64,000 bases of DNA, taken from assembly GCA_964438075.1 (NCBI GenBank), contig CAYTIW010000007.1:1-64000 (forward strand), given 5' to 3'. The translations under genes and the position numbers were made by a program. Below the pieces are notes generated by a model. That model ran no database searches, was not told the DNA's origin, and saw only the letters and a list, made by a program, of their open reading frames with translations. Shown here piece by piece: positions 38,694 to 50,324 of this stretch. The stretch comes from an uncultured Planctomycetales bacterium (GTDB lineage Bacteria; Omnitrophota; Gorgyraeia; Zapsychrales; Fredricksoniimonadaceae). Every line of letters starts with the position of its first letter. The stretch's first letter is position 1.

Positions 38694-40184
38694 TCATAGG
38701 TCCGGACCCGTCAAAGAAGGCTTCGGGGCGCATTCTCGACCCTTACTACTGTGGGTGATCTTTTTCCAGAAATAATCCAGAAAAGCGCCCAGGCCGTAGA
38801 GCTTACGCAGCAGATCGCCCAGCGAGCGTATGGAGATCAGCATCCGCCACATCTGGACAGGCCGAAGGTAAAATTCTTTCAAGCCAACATCTATCAGAGC
38901 ATCGATCTCCTTATTTGAAAGCTGCGGATAGGACAGAAGCGTTTTCTGTTCACCCTCGGCCGTCAGCCAGTCGGTCCAGTCCTTGCCCAGCAGGTAGCCG
39001 TTATCCCGCGCCCATTTATAGAGCTGCGTTCCCGGATAGGTGGCAATTCCGGTTATCTGCATGGTGTCCAGAGGAAGCGACTTGGCATAATCGATAGTAG
39101 ATCGAGCGCTGGCCCGGGTTTCGCCGGGTGCTCCTATCATGAAACAGCCGTGAATGGTGAATCCCAGTTCGTGTGCCCGCTTGGTGAATCGGCGCCCCAT
39201 CTCGACGTTCACACCGCCTTTACGCACCGCCCTCAGCGCTTCGTCGGTACCGAATTCATACCCGACCATCAGCATGCGGCAGTTGGCCTCTTTCATCAAA
39301 GGTAAGAGATCGAGGTCGGTATTGATGCGCATGTTGCAGGACCAGGAGATGCGTTTGTGCAGTCCCCGCCGCATGATCTCCCGGCAGACGCCGCGGACAT
39401 GCTCGGGATCGGCCGCGAAGGTGTCGGTCTCGAACATGATCTCGCGCAGTTGGGGGAAAAGCCGGAGGTCGTATTCCATTTCGTCAGCTACCAGCTCCGG
39501 TCGCCTGATCCGCAGCCGGTAACCATACATAAGCTGGGGATCGCGGCAGAAGGTGCAGGCGTTGTTGCAGCCGCGTCCGGTGAAGAGAGTAAGGAAAGGG
39601 TATTTCTTGCCGGCATCCGGGTACCATTCCGGCTTTATCATATGCCAGGCCGGGAAGGGCAGATGGTTCACGTCCAGCGGCGGACGGTCGGGGTTGGCCC
39701 TGACCTCGCCGTCGCCATCCTGCCAGGTAAGACCGGAGATCTCGTTGAGCGGTCTGCCTGAGGCCAGGTCCCGGAGGGTGTAGTCGTACTCCCCGCGAAG
39801 GATATAGTCGACTGCGCCGTTAGCGATCTCGAAAGTGTTCAGCGGTTCGGCCGTGACATGCTGTCCCACGAAGGCCACTTTACATCCGGTCTGGCCCTTT
39901 ATCAGGCGGGACTGGTCGATATCGTTGTAGATCGAAGGGGTAGTGGCGTGGACAAGGAGCAAGTCCGGATGGAAGTCGCGGACCATCCGGGCGCTGGTCT
40001 CGGGGGAAAGATTCCTGGCAGCCGCTTCGACAAAAACCACCTCGTGGCCGGCGTCGAGCAGCACCTGGGCGGCAGTCAGCAGATAATCCGGATGGCGCTG
40101 GACGCGGCCTCGGGATTTCGCCGACCAGCGGGCCACCCTTACGAAATTCTCACCGAAAGAAGGGTTTAATATACAGATATTCAT
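38694..40184 (-). CDS. B12-binding-domain radical SAM enzyme
   Basis: N-terminal cobalamin-binding-type domain and a radical SAM cluster motif GRGCNNACTFC. Its ATG overlaps the stop of the upstream GT-C gene (ATGA). Confidence 0.85.
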   Translation of the reverse strand: MNICILNPSFGENFVRVARWSAKSRGRVQRHPDYLLTAAQVLLDAGHEVVFVEAAARNLSPETSARMVRDFHPDLLLVHATTPSIYNDIDQSRLIKGQTGCKVAFVGQHVTAEPLNTFEIANGAVDYILRGEYDYTLRDLASGRPLNEISGLTWQDGDGEVRANPDRPPLDVNHLPFPAWHMIKPEWYPDAGKKYPFLTLFTGRGCNNACTFCRDPQLMYGYRLRIRRPELVADEMEYDLRLFPQLREIMFETDTFAADPEHVRGVCREIMRRGLHKRISWSCNMRINTDLDLLPLMKEANCRMLMVGYEFGTDEALRAVRKGGVNVEMGRRFTKRAHELGFTIHGCFMIGAPGETRASARSTIDYAKSLPLDTMQITGIATYPGTQLYKWARDNGYLLGKDWTDWLTAEGEQKTLLSYPQLSNKEIDALIDVGLKEFYLRPVQMWRMLISIRSLGDLLRKLYGLGAFLDYFWKKITHSSKGRECAPKPSLTGPDL

Positions 40185-41662
40185 TTAAGGGGTGACTTAA
40201 AATCTACTTTGTACAATTTTTGCATGTATAAATTAAGGCTTAGTTCAGGGGTATTGAAATCTTCATTCATGCGTTCACCGATCAAGGTCAGTTTATAGAA
40301 TTTATTCATGAAGCTATAGGAGAACGCTTCGTGTTCCGGGTCAAAGCCGCCGTTAGTATAATAGACCGGCACGCCCAGCAGTAGGTTTTTCTTCACTTCT
40401 TCCACAAATTTTCTGTAATTCTCCGGGGCCTCGACCGGGAACCATATCGTCCCCCGGCCAGAGTAGTAGGAAATGAAATACGATTCTTCCGCGCTCACGA
40501 CCACCGCGTTCTTTCCGGTGACCGTGCTTATATAATGTGCGAACTGTTTTTTGCCGTTATAGCGGTGCCTGAATTCCAGTATCGGGTACATGAAACAGAA
40601 CATGGTCAAGAGGCAGTAAAGGAGCAGGGCCACGGTTATCGGCCGGCTCGTCTCTGATATCAGGCGCAGCATGTAGGAAGCGGCGATGCAGAGGGGGACC
40701 GCAATGATATCCAGATGCCTGGCGGCATAACCGCTGGTGTTCCCGAAATAGAATAAAAGCATGGACCAGGTTATTATGACGCACCCTAAATAGATTCTGT
40801 GGTGGCGGAATATTTGATAAATCCCGGCGGCAGCCAGGGCGAAGAACAGAAGCGGAATCCCGTAGAAAAGGTGTTCTATGGCGATCGGCAGGACAAAAGA
40901 GTTCAGTCCCAGGAAAGAGACGACGAAGGTGCCTCGAGAGGTCAGCGTATTGAAGATCACCGGCCACAGGTATACCGCAAAAAGGATCATCGATCCGATG
41001 AGCAGGGGGGCCAGCCACGCTGCCAGCGCTTTGGGAGTGTTAAGCGGCCGGGCCTCTTTCATGCAGGGACCAACAGGGGAGGGAACAAAGAACATGGCTA
41101 TAAACAAAGGGAGGGTGACCAGGGCAGCTTCGCGCACCGATAAGGCGATCAAAAAGGCAATGCTGGACCAGCTCAGAAGTTGTGGCGAACCGGTATTCCG
41201 GCCCCGGCGCACCAGATAGAACGACAGGAGGATGAAGAACATGGCCAAGCCGTGTTCCTTGCCGAAAGTGTTGGGTATGAAATAGAACGGGATGAACGAG
41301 AACAGCAGAGCGCCGAAAAAGGCTTGGACGCTGTCCGAGAACAGTTCTTTAATCAAAAGGAACAGGGCGACCGCCGAAAGAGAATGAAAAAGCACGCCGG
41401 AAAATATGGTAACGAGTTCAGCATTGTGGCCGGAAAGATAAAAAGGGAGGTATAGCAAAGCGTTGATCAAGACCCAGCCGTAGCGGCCGTTGGCGGTCCC
41501 TGCAAGGACACCCTTCTGATACAGGTTTTCGACCGCTTGCGCCACAGCAATGCTGTCAAAATGGAATATCCCCTCATTGATCAAGCACAGTCCCGGAATG
41601 AGATTTAGCAGAAATATTACGGTGATAAAATAAAAATTCGGAGGCGTGACAATTCTGTTCAT
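40181..41662 (-). CDS. GT-C-fold polytopic membrane glycosyltransferase-like protein, paralog A
   Basis: About 11 TM segments, a first-loop acidic motif INEGIFHFDS, and a C-terminal soluble ~110 aa. It is collinear with the 41760 product (e.g. NAEL.T..S.VLFHSLS.VA...LI..LF.D.VQAFFGALL.SF.P.YF.PNT.GKEHG). Confidence 0.55.
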   Translation of the reverse strand: MNRIVTPPNFYFITVIFLLNLIPGLCLINEGIFHFDSIAVAQAVENLYQKGVLAGTANGRYGWVLINALLYLPFYLSGHNAELVTIFSGVLFHSLSAVALFLLIKELFSDSVQAFFGALLFSFIPFYFIPNTFGKEHGLAMFFILLSFYLVRRGRNTGSPQLLSWSSIAFLIALSVREAALVTLPLFIAMFFVPSPVGPCMKEARPLNTPKALAAWLAPLLIGSMILFAVYLWPVIFNTLTSRGTFVVSFLGLNSFVLPIAIEHLFYGIPLLFFALAAAGIYQIFRHHRIYLGCVIITWSMLLFYFGNTSGYAARHLDIIAVPLCIAASYMLRLISETSRPITVALLLYCLLTMFCFMYPILEFRHRYNGKKQFAHYISTVTGKNAVVVSAEESYFISYYSGRGTIWFPVEAPENYRKFVEEVKKNLLLGVPVYYTNGGFDPEHEAFSYSFMNKFYKLTLIGERMNEDFNTPELSLNLYMQKLYKVDFKSPLK

Positions 41663-41759
41663 GATTGCATGTTTCTGCCTTTGGGCCTGCCAATAACCTG
41701 TCGGAGCGATCTTTGTCCGGCCTTTACCTCACGGGTCATTAAGAAATACAACACCGTCG

Positions 41760-43205
41760 CTATCGGTGGCTGACTTTATATAACTTTTGATAAGCAAAAC
41801 GGAACCGTAATTCAGGTCGAAGATAATCTTCAATCAGTATGCCGCCGATAAGTTTGATCCGGTAATACTGCTGTATCGTATAGAGAGAACTGGCTTCGTA
41901 ACCTTTAAGATAGGGCGAGTCGGTATAATAGACCGGTTTACCTTCTTTCAAGTGGCCTTCAACTTTATTAATAAAAATATTGATCGCTTCGGGGGAACCG
42001 TTTATTGGAAGCCAGGCAGTCTGCCGCTGGCCGTAATACTGGATAAAGGGGAACTGGTTCACGGTTATGATAAGTGCATCCGGTTCCGTACGAAATTTTA
42101 CATATTCCGCCAGCCGCTTTTCTCCATTGTAGCGGTGCCGGAAGGCCAGCATCGGATAGGAGTAGAGGAACATGCTGGCTACGCAGTAGATCACTAAGGA
42201 ACTGATCAATACTTTTGAACGGGGGTAAAGTTTAGCGAGAGGATAGGACGCAAACACATAAATGGGGATCAGGACCACATCCAAGAACCGGACAGCATAC
42301 CACTTGGTGCATCCATGTACCAGGATCAGCAACAGCCATAACAAGAAAAGCAGGGTCAGAAAGGGGGTCCCGCTCCTGGCCATGTTCCATATACCCAAAA
42401 GCATGAACACGAAGACCAGGAAGGGCATGCTCATTTGCAGGTCGCTTAAGGCTGGGAGGAGGGTCGGGCTGAGTATGCTGGTCAACTCTGCGCCCCGGGC
42501 TGATTGCAGTAGATAGCCCCATGCCATCACAGCCAGCGGGATCAATAGCGGGACAAAAAAGGCGATAAGCTTGACCGCTGAGAAACGTTTCAAAGGCATA
42601 ATGATCTTGAAGGGGCGCCATCCTATAGCTGGATTTAGGAACAGCAGTATGAACAACAGCAGGGTAGATAGTTGCGATTCCCGCACCGCTATAGATAAGA
42701 CATAACAAAGGCTGGCCAGTGCCAGCGTTAAAGGGCTGTCCTTTTCGACGCCGCGGTGAAGGATAATGAAAGATGTCAACAGTAAGAAGATGCCCATTCC
42801 GTGTTCTTTGCCGTATGTGTTGGGATTGAAATAGAGCGGCGTGAAGGATAGTAAAAGTGCCCCGAAAAAGGCCTGGACGCCGTCGCGGAACAGGTTTCTT
42901 ATTAAATAATAGAAAGCCACCACGGACAATGAATGGAAAAGGACGCTGGAGATGCGGGTCGCCAATTCGGCATTCTGCCCCAGAAGGTGGAACGGCCAGT
43001 AAAGAAGGGAATTGATGGCTACAGCGCCATAGCGGCCCAGTACCGCCGGCTGCAAGATCCCTGTCTGGTATGTGTGTTCGACCGCCATGGCCAGCGCCAC
43101 GCTGTCCATGTGGAAAAGACCTTCATTGATAAAAAGCAGGCCAACGATGAAATTGAGCAGGAATAATCCGGGAGGGACCAGCCGTGCTGCGCAGAACCGA
43201 CTCAT
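41760..43205 (-). CDS. GT-C-fold polytopic membrane glycosyltransferase-like protein, paralog B
   Basis: Same architecture and shared sequence blocks as paralog A (INEGLFHMDS; AFRHRYNGEK vs EFRHRYNGKK; PVYYT). Confidence 0.55.
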   Translation of the reverse strand: MSRFCAARLVPPGLFLLNFIVGLLFINEGLFHMDSVALAMAVEHTYQTGILQPAVLGRYGAVAINSLLYWPFHLLGQNAELATRISSVLFHSLSVVAFYYLIRNLFRDGVQAFFGALLLSFTPLYFNPNTYGKEHGMGIFLLLTSFIILHRGVEKDSPLTLALASLCYVLSIAVRESQLSTLLLFILLFLNPAIGWRPFKIIMPLKRFSAVKLIAFFVPLLIPLAVMAWGYLLQSARGAELTSILSPTLLPALSDLQMSMPFLVFVFMLLGIWNMARSGTPFLTLLFLLWLLLILVHGCTKWYAVRFLDVVLIPIYVFASYPLAKLYPRSKVLISSLVIYCVASMFLYSYPMLAFRHRYNGEKRLAEYVKFRTEPDALIITVNQFPFIQYYGQRQTAWLPINGSPEAINIFINKVEGHLKEGKPVYYTDSPYLKGYEASSLYTIQQYYRIKLIGGILIEDYLRPELRFRFAYQKLYKVSHR

Positions 43206-43475
43206 AATTTCCGCTCCATTTTTGTCTTCCCCTTCTGCAGGTTTGAATTATTCAATAATCCTAACGGGCAAACAGATATTTTTCAATAACAACATTACCG
43301 AATAAGAGTGACAATCGTTCTAAAGTGTATAAAGCCCATTGACGCCCTGGGACGAATTACTTATAATTCAAACTTCACTCGTGATACAGGGGACAGCAAA
43401 AATCGGCGGCACATTTACTTTTCATCTCTAAGCCGGACTGGCAAGGACTTGTCAGCATGTCCTGGGAGGAAATGG

Positions 43476-46178
43476 ATGGAATTCGATAAGAACAGGTTCA
43501 TTAAGCAGATCGTCATATCGGGAAAGAAATATACTGTCTACAGCCTTCCGGCCTTGGCCAAAGCCGGTTTTGGTGATCCAGCCGTATTGCCTTTTTCTAT
43601 CCGCATATTGTTGGAGAGTGCCTTGAGGAATTTCGACAATTACCAGATCAGTATGGATGATATCAAGACATTAGCCGGCTGGAAGCCGAAGAATATGCTC
43701 GCCGAGGTCGCGTTCAAGCCGGGACGCGTGATCCTGCAGGATTTTACCGGGGTACCTTGCGTGGTCGATCTGGCGGCCATGAGATCGGCCATGAAGAAGA
43801 TGGGCGGTGATGTGAAAAGGATCAATCCCCAGGTCCCCTGCGATCTGGTGGTCGATCATTCATTGCAAGTCGACGCGTTTGGTTCAACCGATTCTTTCAG
43901 CAGGAACGTGGCTCTGGAGTTCAAACGCAACAAGGAACGCTACCAGTTCCTGAAATGGGGGCAGGCTGCCTTTGCCAATTTCCGCGTCATCCCGCCGGCC
44001 ACCGGCATAATCCATCAGGTTAACCTCGAATATCTGGCATCCGGGGTACTGCAAAAAAGGGTTCCGGGCCAGCCGACAGTATTATTTCCCGATTCACTGG
44101 TCGGGACCGACAGCCATACGACCATGATAAACGGGTTAGGCATAGTCGGTTGGGGAGTAGGGGGCATTGAGGCTGAATCGGTCATGCTAGGAGAGCCTCT
44201 TAATATGGTCATGCCTGAGGTCATCGGTGTCCGTGTCAGCGGGAAAATGAACGAGGGCGTGACCGCCTCGGACGTGGTCCTGACCGTGGTCCAGCTTTTG
44301 CGCAAGCGCGGGGTCGTGGACAAATTTGTTGAATTCTTCGGTCCCGGCATACAGAACCTCAGTCTGGCTGACCGCGCCACCATATCCAATATGTGCCCGG
44401 AATATGGGGCCACGCTCGGCATATTCCCGGTCGATAAGACCACCATCGATTATTACCGTATGACCGGACGCGCCAAGGAGGCCAAGCTGGTCGAGAGATA
44501 TTATAAAGCGCAAGGTCTTTTCGACCCGTACCGGAAAGCCGAGCCTGAATTCACTGACGTCCTGACATTGGATCTGGGAACTATTGAACCGTGCCTGGCC
44601 GGTCCGAAACGTCCCCAGGACAGGGTTAGACTGGCGGACCTGAAGGAAACTTTCACCTCCGCTTTGACTGCGCCGTTAGGGCATAACGGGTTCGGTCTGG
44701 CACCGGCTGACCTGGAAAGAACTGAACCGGTGGCTAGGACGTCTGAATCTATAACCCACGGCAGTGTTGTATTAGCGGCTATCACCAGTTGCACCAACAC
44801 CTCCAATCCATATGTTCTGATCGGGGCCGGACTGCTGGCGCAAAAAGCGGTTCAGAAAGGCCTCAAAGTGAAAAGTTTCGTGAAGACTTCGCTTACCCCC
44901 GGCTCTCAAGTGGTGGATGAATATCTCCGGCGTGCCGGGCTCATGCAAGGCCTGGAGGCGCTAGGGTTCCATAATGTAGGTTACGGCTGCGCCACTTGTA
45001 TCGGTAATAGCGGACCGTTGCCGGAACCAGTGTCAGCCGCTATCGAGAAGGGCGGATTGATCGCAGCCAGCGTCACTTCGGGGAACCGCAATTTTGAAGG
45101 ACGTATCAACCCGCACGTAAAGGCCAACTATCTGGCTTCTCCTATGCTGGTAGTGGCCTATGCCATCGCCGGAACGGTCAGGAAGAACCTTTTTGACGAG
45201 CCGATCGGGCAGGACCGGCACGGCAATGACGTCTATTTGAACGATATCTGGCCTCGGCAGAAGGAGATCGATTCGGTCATAAAGAAGTTCGTTACCGCGA
45301 AAGTATTTTCCGGCAAATACAGGAACGCGGCCAGGGGGAACCCGAACTGGCGCGCGATCAAGCCCCCGAAAAGCGAGCTTTACCGCTGGAACCCGAAGAG
45401 CACTTATATACAACATCCGCCTTATTTTGAAACTATCACCGGGAAACTGCTGGCCCTTGAAGACATCAAAGGCTCCCGGGTATTGGTCATGCTGGGCGAC
45501 TCGATAACTACCGACCATATCTCTCCGGCAGGGAACATTTCTCCCGCCAGTCCGGCCGGTGAATATCTGACCAGCCTGGGTATTGAGCGTAAGGATTTCA
45601 ACAGCTACGGTTCCCGCAGGGGGAATGACCGGGTCATGGCCCGCGGCACGTTCGCCAATATCCGTCTGCGTAACCTCCTGGCGCCCGGAACGGAAGGGTC
45701 GTTCACTACCTATTTCCCGACCGGTGAGAAATTGAGCATCTTTGAAGCCTCCTGCCGCTATAAAAGTTCAGGCATCCCGCTGATCGGGATAGCTGGCAAG
45801 GAGTACGGGACAGGATCAAGCCGGGACTGGGCAGCCAAAGGGCCGGCCCTTCTTGGTATCCGCGTGGTCATAGCGGAAACATTCGAGCGTATACACCGTA
45901 GCAACCTGGCGGGGATGGGCATATTGCCGCTGCAGTTCAGACCGGGGGAGAACGCCGGTAGCCTCGGATTGACCGGCGCCGAATTATACGATTTTATCGG
46001 GCTTTCGGAGAAACTGCGTCCGCGTCAAGAGATAAGCGTTGTAGCCTCTGCCCCGGACGGTACGCAAAGAAACTTCAGTGCCATAGTCAGGCTGGACACC
46101 CCGGTGGAGATAGATTATTACCGTAACGGCGGCATACTGCCGGCCGTCCTCCGGAAAATTGCATGTAAGCCTGATTGA
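43476..46178 (+). CDS. acnA: Aconitate hydratase A
   Basis: Start taken at MEFDKNRF (GGGAGG 6 nt upstream). Full-length aconitase/IRP pattern: [35 protein letters not shown], and a swivel domain with [10 protein letters not shown]. Confidence 0.9.
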   Translation: MEFDKNRFIKQIVISGKKYTVYSLPALAKAGFGDPAVLPFSIRILLESALRNFDNYQISMDDIKTLAGWKPKNMLAEVAFKPGRVILQDFTGVPCVVDLAAMRSAMKKMGGDVKRINPQVPCDLVVDHSLQVDAFGSTDSFSRNVALEFKRNKERYQFLKWGQAAFANFRVIPPATGIIHQVNLEYLASGVLQKRVPGQPTVLFPDSLVGTDSHTTMINGLGIVGWGVGGIEAESVMLGEPLNMVMPEVIGVRVSGKMNEGVTASDVVLTVVQLLRKRGVVDKFVEFFGPGIQNLSLADRATISNMCPEYGATLGIFPVDKTTIDYYRMTGRAKEAKLVERYYKAQGLFDPYRKAEPEFTDVLTLDLGTIEPCLAGPKRPQDRVRLADLKETFTSALTAPLGHNGFGLAPADLERTEPVARTSESITHGSVVLAAITSCTNTSNPYVLIGAGLLAQKAVQKGLKVKSFVKTSLTPGSQVVDEYLRRAGLMQGLEALGFHNVGYGCATCIGNSGPLPEPVSAAIEKGGLIAASVTSGNRNFEGRINPHVKANYLASPMLVVAYAIAGTVRKNLFDEPIGQDRHGNDVYLNDIWPRQKEIDSVIKKFVTAKVFSGKYRNAARGNPNWRAIKPPKSELYRWNPKSTYIQHPPYFETITGKLLALEDIKGSRVLVMLGDSITTDHISPAGNISPASPAGEYLTSLGIERKDFNSYGSRRGNDRVMARGTFANIRLRNLLAPGTEGSFTTYFPTGEKLSIFEASCRYKSSGIPLIGIAGKEYGTGSSRDWAAKGPALLGIRVVIAETFERIHRSNLAGMGILPLQFRPGENAGSLGLTGAELYDFIGLSEKLRPRQEISVVASAPDGTQRNFSAIVRLDTPVEIDYYRNGGILPAVLRKIACKPD

Positions 46179-46230
46179 CACTTCCGACGGCAGTCCCTAT
46201 AATAGGCCGCGGATGCAGATCGGAGATGTG

Positions 46231-47640
46231 ATGGGCAAAACCATGTATGAGAAAATATGGGATGCACACCTGGTCCACGAGGGGCAGGGGACCGTGTCCA
46301 TACTTTACGTTGACCGCCAGCTTGTGCATGAAGTTACCAGTCCGCAGGCGTTCGAAGGCCTGCGCCTGGCCAAACGCAAGGTACGATGCCCGCACAAGAC
46401 CTTTGCCACCATGGACCACAATGTCCCTACTCGGAGCAAGGATATCTCGCTGGCCAAGGACATATCGCGCGTCCAGATGGACCAGCTTCAAAAGAATTGC
46501 GCCGAGTTCGGTATTAGATGTTTCGACTTCATGGACGACGACCAAGGCGTTGTGCATATAATCGGGCCCGAGATGGGGATCACCCAGCCGGGCATGGTCA
46601 TAGTTTGCGGAGACTCCCACACCGCGACCCACGGCGCATTCGGTGCCATTGCCTTTGGTATCGGGACATCGGAAGTCGAGCATGTCCTGGTCACGCAGAC
46701 ACTGCAACAGCGAAGATCCAAGACCATGCTCATTACGATCGATGGCAAACTGGACAAAGAGGTCGCCCCCAAGGACGTGATCCTTTATATCATCGGCCAG
46801 ATAGGCACGGCCGGAGCGACGGGCTATGTTATCGAATACGCCGGGTCGGCCATACGCGATATGTCCATGGAAGGCCGTATGACAATATGCAATATGTCGA
46901 TAGAGGCTGGCGCCCGTGCCGGCATGATAGCCCCTGACGACACCACATTCACCTATCTTCAGGGACGCGATTATGCCCCCAAAGGCGAGCAGTGGGTCAA
47001 GGCGGTCGCTTACTGGAAGACGCTGAAAAGCGATCCTGATGCCAAATTTGATAAAGTGATCAAGATCAAGGCCAAGGATATCGAGCCTCAGGTAACTTGG
47101 GGAACCAGTCCTGGACAGGTAACCTCAGTTAACGGGGTCGTTCCTGATCCTGATAATATCAAGGACCCGGTCGCCCAGAAGGCAGCTAAAGCCGCTTTAA
47201 AATATATGGAACTGGTGCCCGGCACCAAAATAACGGATATTAAGATAGACATGGTCTTTATCGGTTCTTGTACCAACGGTCGCATTGAGGACCTGCGGGC
47301 CGCTGCCATGGTGGCAAAAGGCAAGAAGGTCGCGAAGTCGGTGCAGGCCATAGTGGTGCCAGGCTCTAACAGGGTCAAGCGCCAGGCAGAAAAGGAAGGT
47401 CTGGATAAAATATTCATTGGTGCCGGCTTTGAATGGCGGTATGCCGGTTGCTCGATGTGTCTGGCCATGAACGATGACCAGTTGAAGCCCGGCCAGCGCT
47501 GTGCTTCGACATCGAACCGTAATTTTGAGGGACGGCAAGGTCCCGGAGGCCGCACGCACTTGGTGAGCCCGGAAATTGCCGCTGCTAGCGCGATAACCGG
47601 CCGCATAACTGATATCAGGACTTTCTTGGAAAAGAAATGA
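46231..47640 (+). CDS. leuC: 3-isopropylmalate dehydratase large subunit
   Basis: Start taken at [48 protein letters not shown]. Confidence 0.9.
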   Translation: MGKTMYEKIWDAHLVHEGQGTVSILYVDRQLVHEVTSPQAFEGLRLAKRKVRCPHKTFATMDHNVPTRSKDISLAKDISRVQMDQLQKNCAEFGIRCFDFMDDDQGVVHIIGPEMGITQPGMVIVCGDSHTATHGAFGAIAFGIGTSEVEHVLVTQTLQQRRSKTMLITIDGKLDKEVAPKDVILYIIGQIGTAGATGYVIEYAGSAIRDMSMEGRMTICNMSIEAGARAGMIAPDDTTFTYLQGRDYAPKGEQWVKAVAYWKTLKSDPDAKFDKVIKIKAKDIEPQVTWGTSPGQVTSVNGVVPDPDNIKDPVAQKAAKAALKYMELVPGTKITDIKIDMVFIGSCTNGRIEDLRAAAMVAKGKKVAKSVQAIVVPGSNRVKRQAEKEGLDKIFIGAGFEWRYAGCSMCLAMNDDQLKPGQRCASTSNRNFEGRQGPGGRTHLVSPEIAAASAITGRITDIRTFLEKK

Positions 47641-47709
47641 TCGACAGGTTCTGCCATTTCCATAAAGGTCGAACCTATTTCTTGTAACCTTCGTCCCTCG
47701 GGGAAAAAT

Positions 47710-48321
47710 ATGGACCCGTTCACTACTTTAACCGGCATAGCAGTTCCGTTGGACCGCTCCAACGTAGATACCGACGCCATCATACCCAAACAATTCCTGC
47801 GCAAGATCGAGCGGACCGGTTTCGGCAAGCACCTTTTCCACGAATGGCGTTACACGGATTATGAGGGCACAAAGGAAGACCCCGAGTTCATCCTGAACAA
47901 GGAACCTTACCGCAAGGCGACTATACTGCTGGCCAGAGATAATTTCGGCTGTGGTTCATCGCGCGAACATGCGCCTTGGGCGCTCTACGATTTTGGTTTC
48001 CGTTGCATAATAGCCCCAAGTTTTGCGGATATTTTCTATAACAATTGCATTAATAACGGGATACTTCTGGTGCGTTTAAAACCCGATGAGGTCGATGAGC
48101 TTTTTGCCGTTGCCGCCTTCGGCGCTTCAGGTCGCATAGCCGTGGACCTGGACAAACAGGTCGTCGCCGCGGCAGGGAAGAAGTATGCTTTTACTATTGA
48201 CCCTTTTCACAAAGAATGCTTGTTAAAAGGATTGGACCAGATCGGTTGGACCATGCAATTCATAACTCAGATCGACGCCTTTGAAAAGAAGCTGGCGGCG
48301 GAGAAGCCCTGGCTGGCCTGA
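47710..48321 (+). CDS. leuD: 3-isopropylmalate dehydratase small subunit
   Basis: [28 protein letters not shown]. It follows leuC. Confidence 0.9.
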   Translation: MDPFTTLTGIAVPLDRSNVDTDAIIPKQFLRKIERTGFGKHLFHEWRYTDYEGTKEDPEFILNKEPYRKATILLARDNFGCGSSREHAPWALYDFGFRCIIAPSFADIFYNNCINNGILLVRLKPDEVDELFAVAAFGASGRIAVDLDKQVVAAAGKKYAFTIDPFHKECLLKGLDQIGWTMQFITQIDAFEKKLAAEKPWLA

Positions 48322-48362
48322 ATATCGCCATATCTAGCTGGAAAAGAAAGAAGGATGTGCAG

Positions 48363-49427
48363 ATGGCCGGGAATATATTTGGCGAAATCTTTCGCGTCAT
48401 GACCTTTGGCGAAAGCCATGGTGCTGCCATCGGCTGCGTGATCGACGGGGTGCCGCCCGGTATCGAGCTCTCGCAAAGTGATATCCAAAAGGATCTGGAC
48501 CGCCGCAAGCCGGGACAGAGCGAGGTGACCACCCAGCGCAAAGAAAGCGATACTGTGGAGCTATTGTCAGGGGTGTTCGAGGGCAAGACCACCGGGGCCC
48601 CTCTTGCGCTTTTACTTCGTAACAGCGACCATAGATCAGAGGATTATACGGCCTTACAGGAAGTTTTCCGGCCTGGCCACGCGGATCAAGGATATCACCA
48701 GAAATTCGGTATCCGTGACCACCGCGGAGGCGGGCGTTCTTCGGGGAGGGAGACCGCGGCCCGTGTGGCGGCCGGAGCCGTGGCAAAAAAGATACTGGAT
48801 TCCTACGGCGTACGAATAACGGCCTATTCGCTGGCCATCGCGGATGTTCGCGCCACCACCATAGACCTGAGCGTGATCGAGAATAATATCGTCAGGGCTC
48901 CAGATATGCTGGCAGCCCAAGAAATGGTCAAGCGTGTCAATCAGGCGCAGGCGGCAGGCGATTCTGTCGGCGGGATAATCGAGACCGTTGTCAACGGCTG
49001 TCCGGCCGGCCTGGGGGATCCCGTGTTCGACAAACTTGAAGCTAAGCTGTCCCATGCCGTGATGTCGATAGGGGCAGTTAAAGGGATCGAGTTCGGGGCC
49101 GGGTTTGCCGTGGCCCAAATGAACGGGTCCCTCAACAACGATGAAATCGCGGTGGAATCCGGCAGTATAAAAACCCGCCACAATTTCGCCGGTGGGATAT
49201 CCGGCGGGATCTCCAACGGAGAGCCCATTGTATTCCGCCTGGCAGTAAAACCGCCATCTTCCATTGCCAAGAGACAAAAAGCCGCTACTAAAGATATGCA
49301 GCTGGCTGAAATAGAGATCAAAGGCCGTCACGACCCGTGCCTGTGTCCCCGCATCGTTCCTGTTGTCGAGGCCATGACAGCGCTGGTCCTGATGGACGCT
49401 ATTCTTCTGCAAAAGACCATCCACTGA
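48363..49427 (+). CDS. aroC: Chorismate synthase
   Basis: MAGNIFGEIFRVMTFGESHG, RPGHAD, GGGRSSGRET, GRHDPC. Confidence 0.9.
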   Translation: MAGNIFGEIFRVMTFGESHGAAIGCVIDGVPPGIELSQSDIQKDLDRRKPGQSEVTTQRKESDTVELLSGVFEGKTTGAPLALLLRNSDHRSEDYTALQEVFRPGHADQGYHQKFGIRDHRGGGRSSGRETAARVAAGAVAKKILDSYGVRITAYSLAIADVRATTIDLSVIENNIVRAPDMLAAQEMVKRVNQAQAAGDSVGGIIETVVNGCPAGLGDPVFDKLEAKLSHAVMSIGAVKGIEFGAGFAVAQMNGSLNNDEIAVESGSIKTRHNFAGGISGGISNGEPIVFRLAVKPPSSIAKRQKAATKDMQLAEIEIKGRHDPCLCPRIVPVVEAMTALVLMDAILLQKTIH

Positions 49428-49436
49428 TCTAAGGCT

Positions 49437-50324
49437 ATGGGAGATAACCCCAGCCCCAAAGTGATCCTTATCACCGGTTCTTCGAGCGGTTTCGGGTATT
49501 TCTCGGCCATCCGCCTCGCAGAGGCCGGGCATATTGTTTACGCCACTATGCGCGATACCTCCCGGGGTGAATTGCTGCGTTGCGAGGCGGTCAAGATGAA
49601 CTGTGCGCCGCGCATGCATATTTTGCCTCTTGACGTTACAAAACCAGAGACTATTAGAACCACCATCAAGGATATCGTCGCAGCGGAAGGGGTCATCGAT
49701 GTGCTGGTAAATAATGCTGGTTTCGGCGTGGGAGGTTTCTTTGAAGACCTTTCACTGGATGATTTCCAGCAGCAGTTCGATGTCAATTTTTTCGGGGCCC
49801 TTAATGTTACCAGGGAGGTGGTCCCGGTCATGAGGCCGCGGCGCAAGGGGAAAATAATCAACATCTCCAGCATGGCCGCATTTGCTGGAATGCCATGTTT
49901 CAGCGCTTACTGTTCGAGCAAATGGGCCTTGGAAGGTTTTTCGGAGTGCCTGTACATGGAATTGAAGCCTTTCGGTATCCATGTGGTCCTGGTCGAGCCG
50001 GGAAGCTACCGGACGAGAATATTCGAAGAGAATGCCCGCTATGCCAAGAGATTTGCCGATCCTGGCAGCCCGTATTATGAAGCCAGTCAACATCTCAAAA
50101 AGTACGTATTGGAGAGTATAAAACAAAATAGCCGCGACCCGGACGAAGTAGCCAGGGTAGTTAAAAAGATCGTTGGCCAAAATGATCCTGCTTTCAGGAA
50201 TATAGTAGGATGGGACAATAAGCTTAAAGCCCTCGGCTTACGTATCCGACCGGTCCCGTTCAAGCTTCACGCTGACCTGGTCAATCTGGCGCTTATTCCT
50301 CCATCCGACCAAAAGCATGCTTAA
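49437..50324 (+). CDS. Short-chain dehydrogenase/reductase (SDR)
   Basis: ITGSSSGFG (TGxxxGxG), NNAG, and catalytic YCSSK. Confidence 0.8.
   Translation: MGDNPSPKVILITGSSSGFGYFSAIRLAEAGHIVYATMRDTSRGELLRCEAVKMNCAPRMHILPLDVTKPETIRTTIKDIVAAEGVIDVLVNNAGFGVGGFFEDLSLDDFQQQFDVNFFGALNVTREVVPVMRPRRKGKIINISSMAAFAGMPCFSAYCSSKWALEGFSECLYMELKPFGIHVVLVEPGSYRTRIFEENARYAKRFADPGSPYYEASQHLKKYVLESIKQNSRDPDEVARVVKKIVGQNDPAFRNIVGWDNKLKALGLRIRPVPFKLHADLVNLALIPPSDQKHA

Noticed and set aside
43308-43475. 56-codon N-terminal extension of the aconitase ORF (and the analogous 46159-46230 extension of leuC)
   Set aside because: The extensions lack similarity to the enzyme families. The internal ATGs at 43476 and 46231 have proper RBSs and give canonical N-termini (MEFDKNRF..., [13 protein letters not shown]...).
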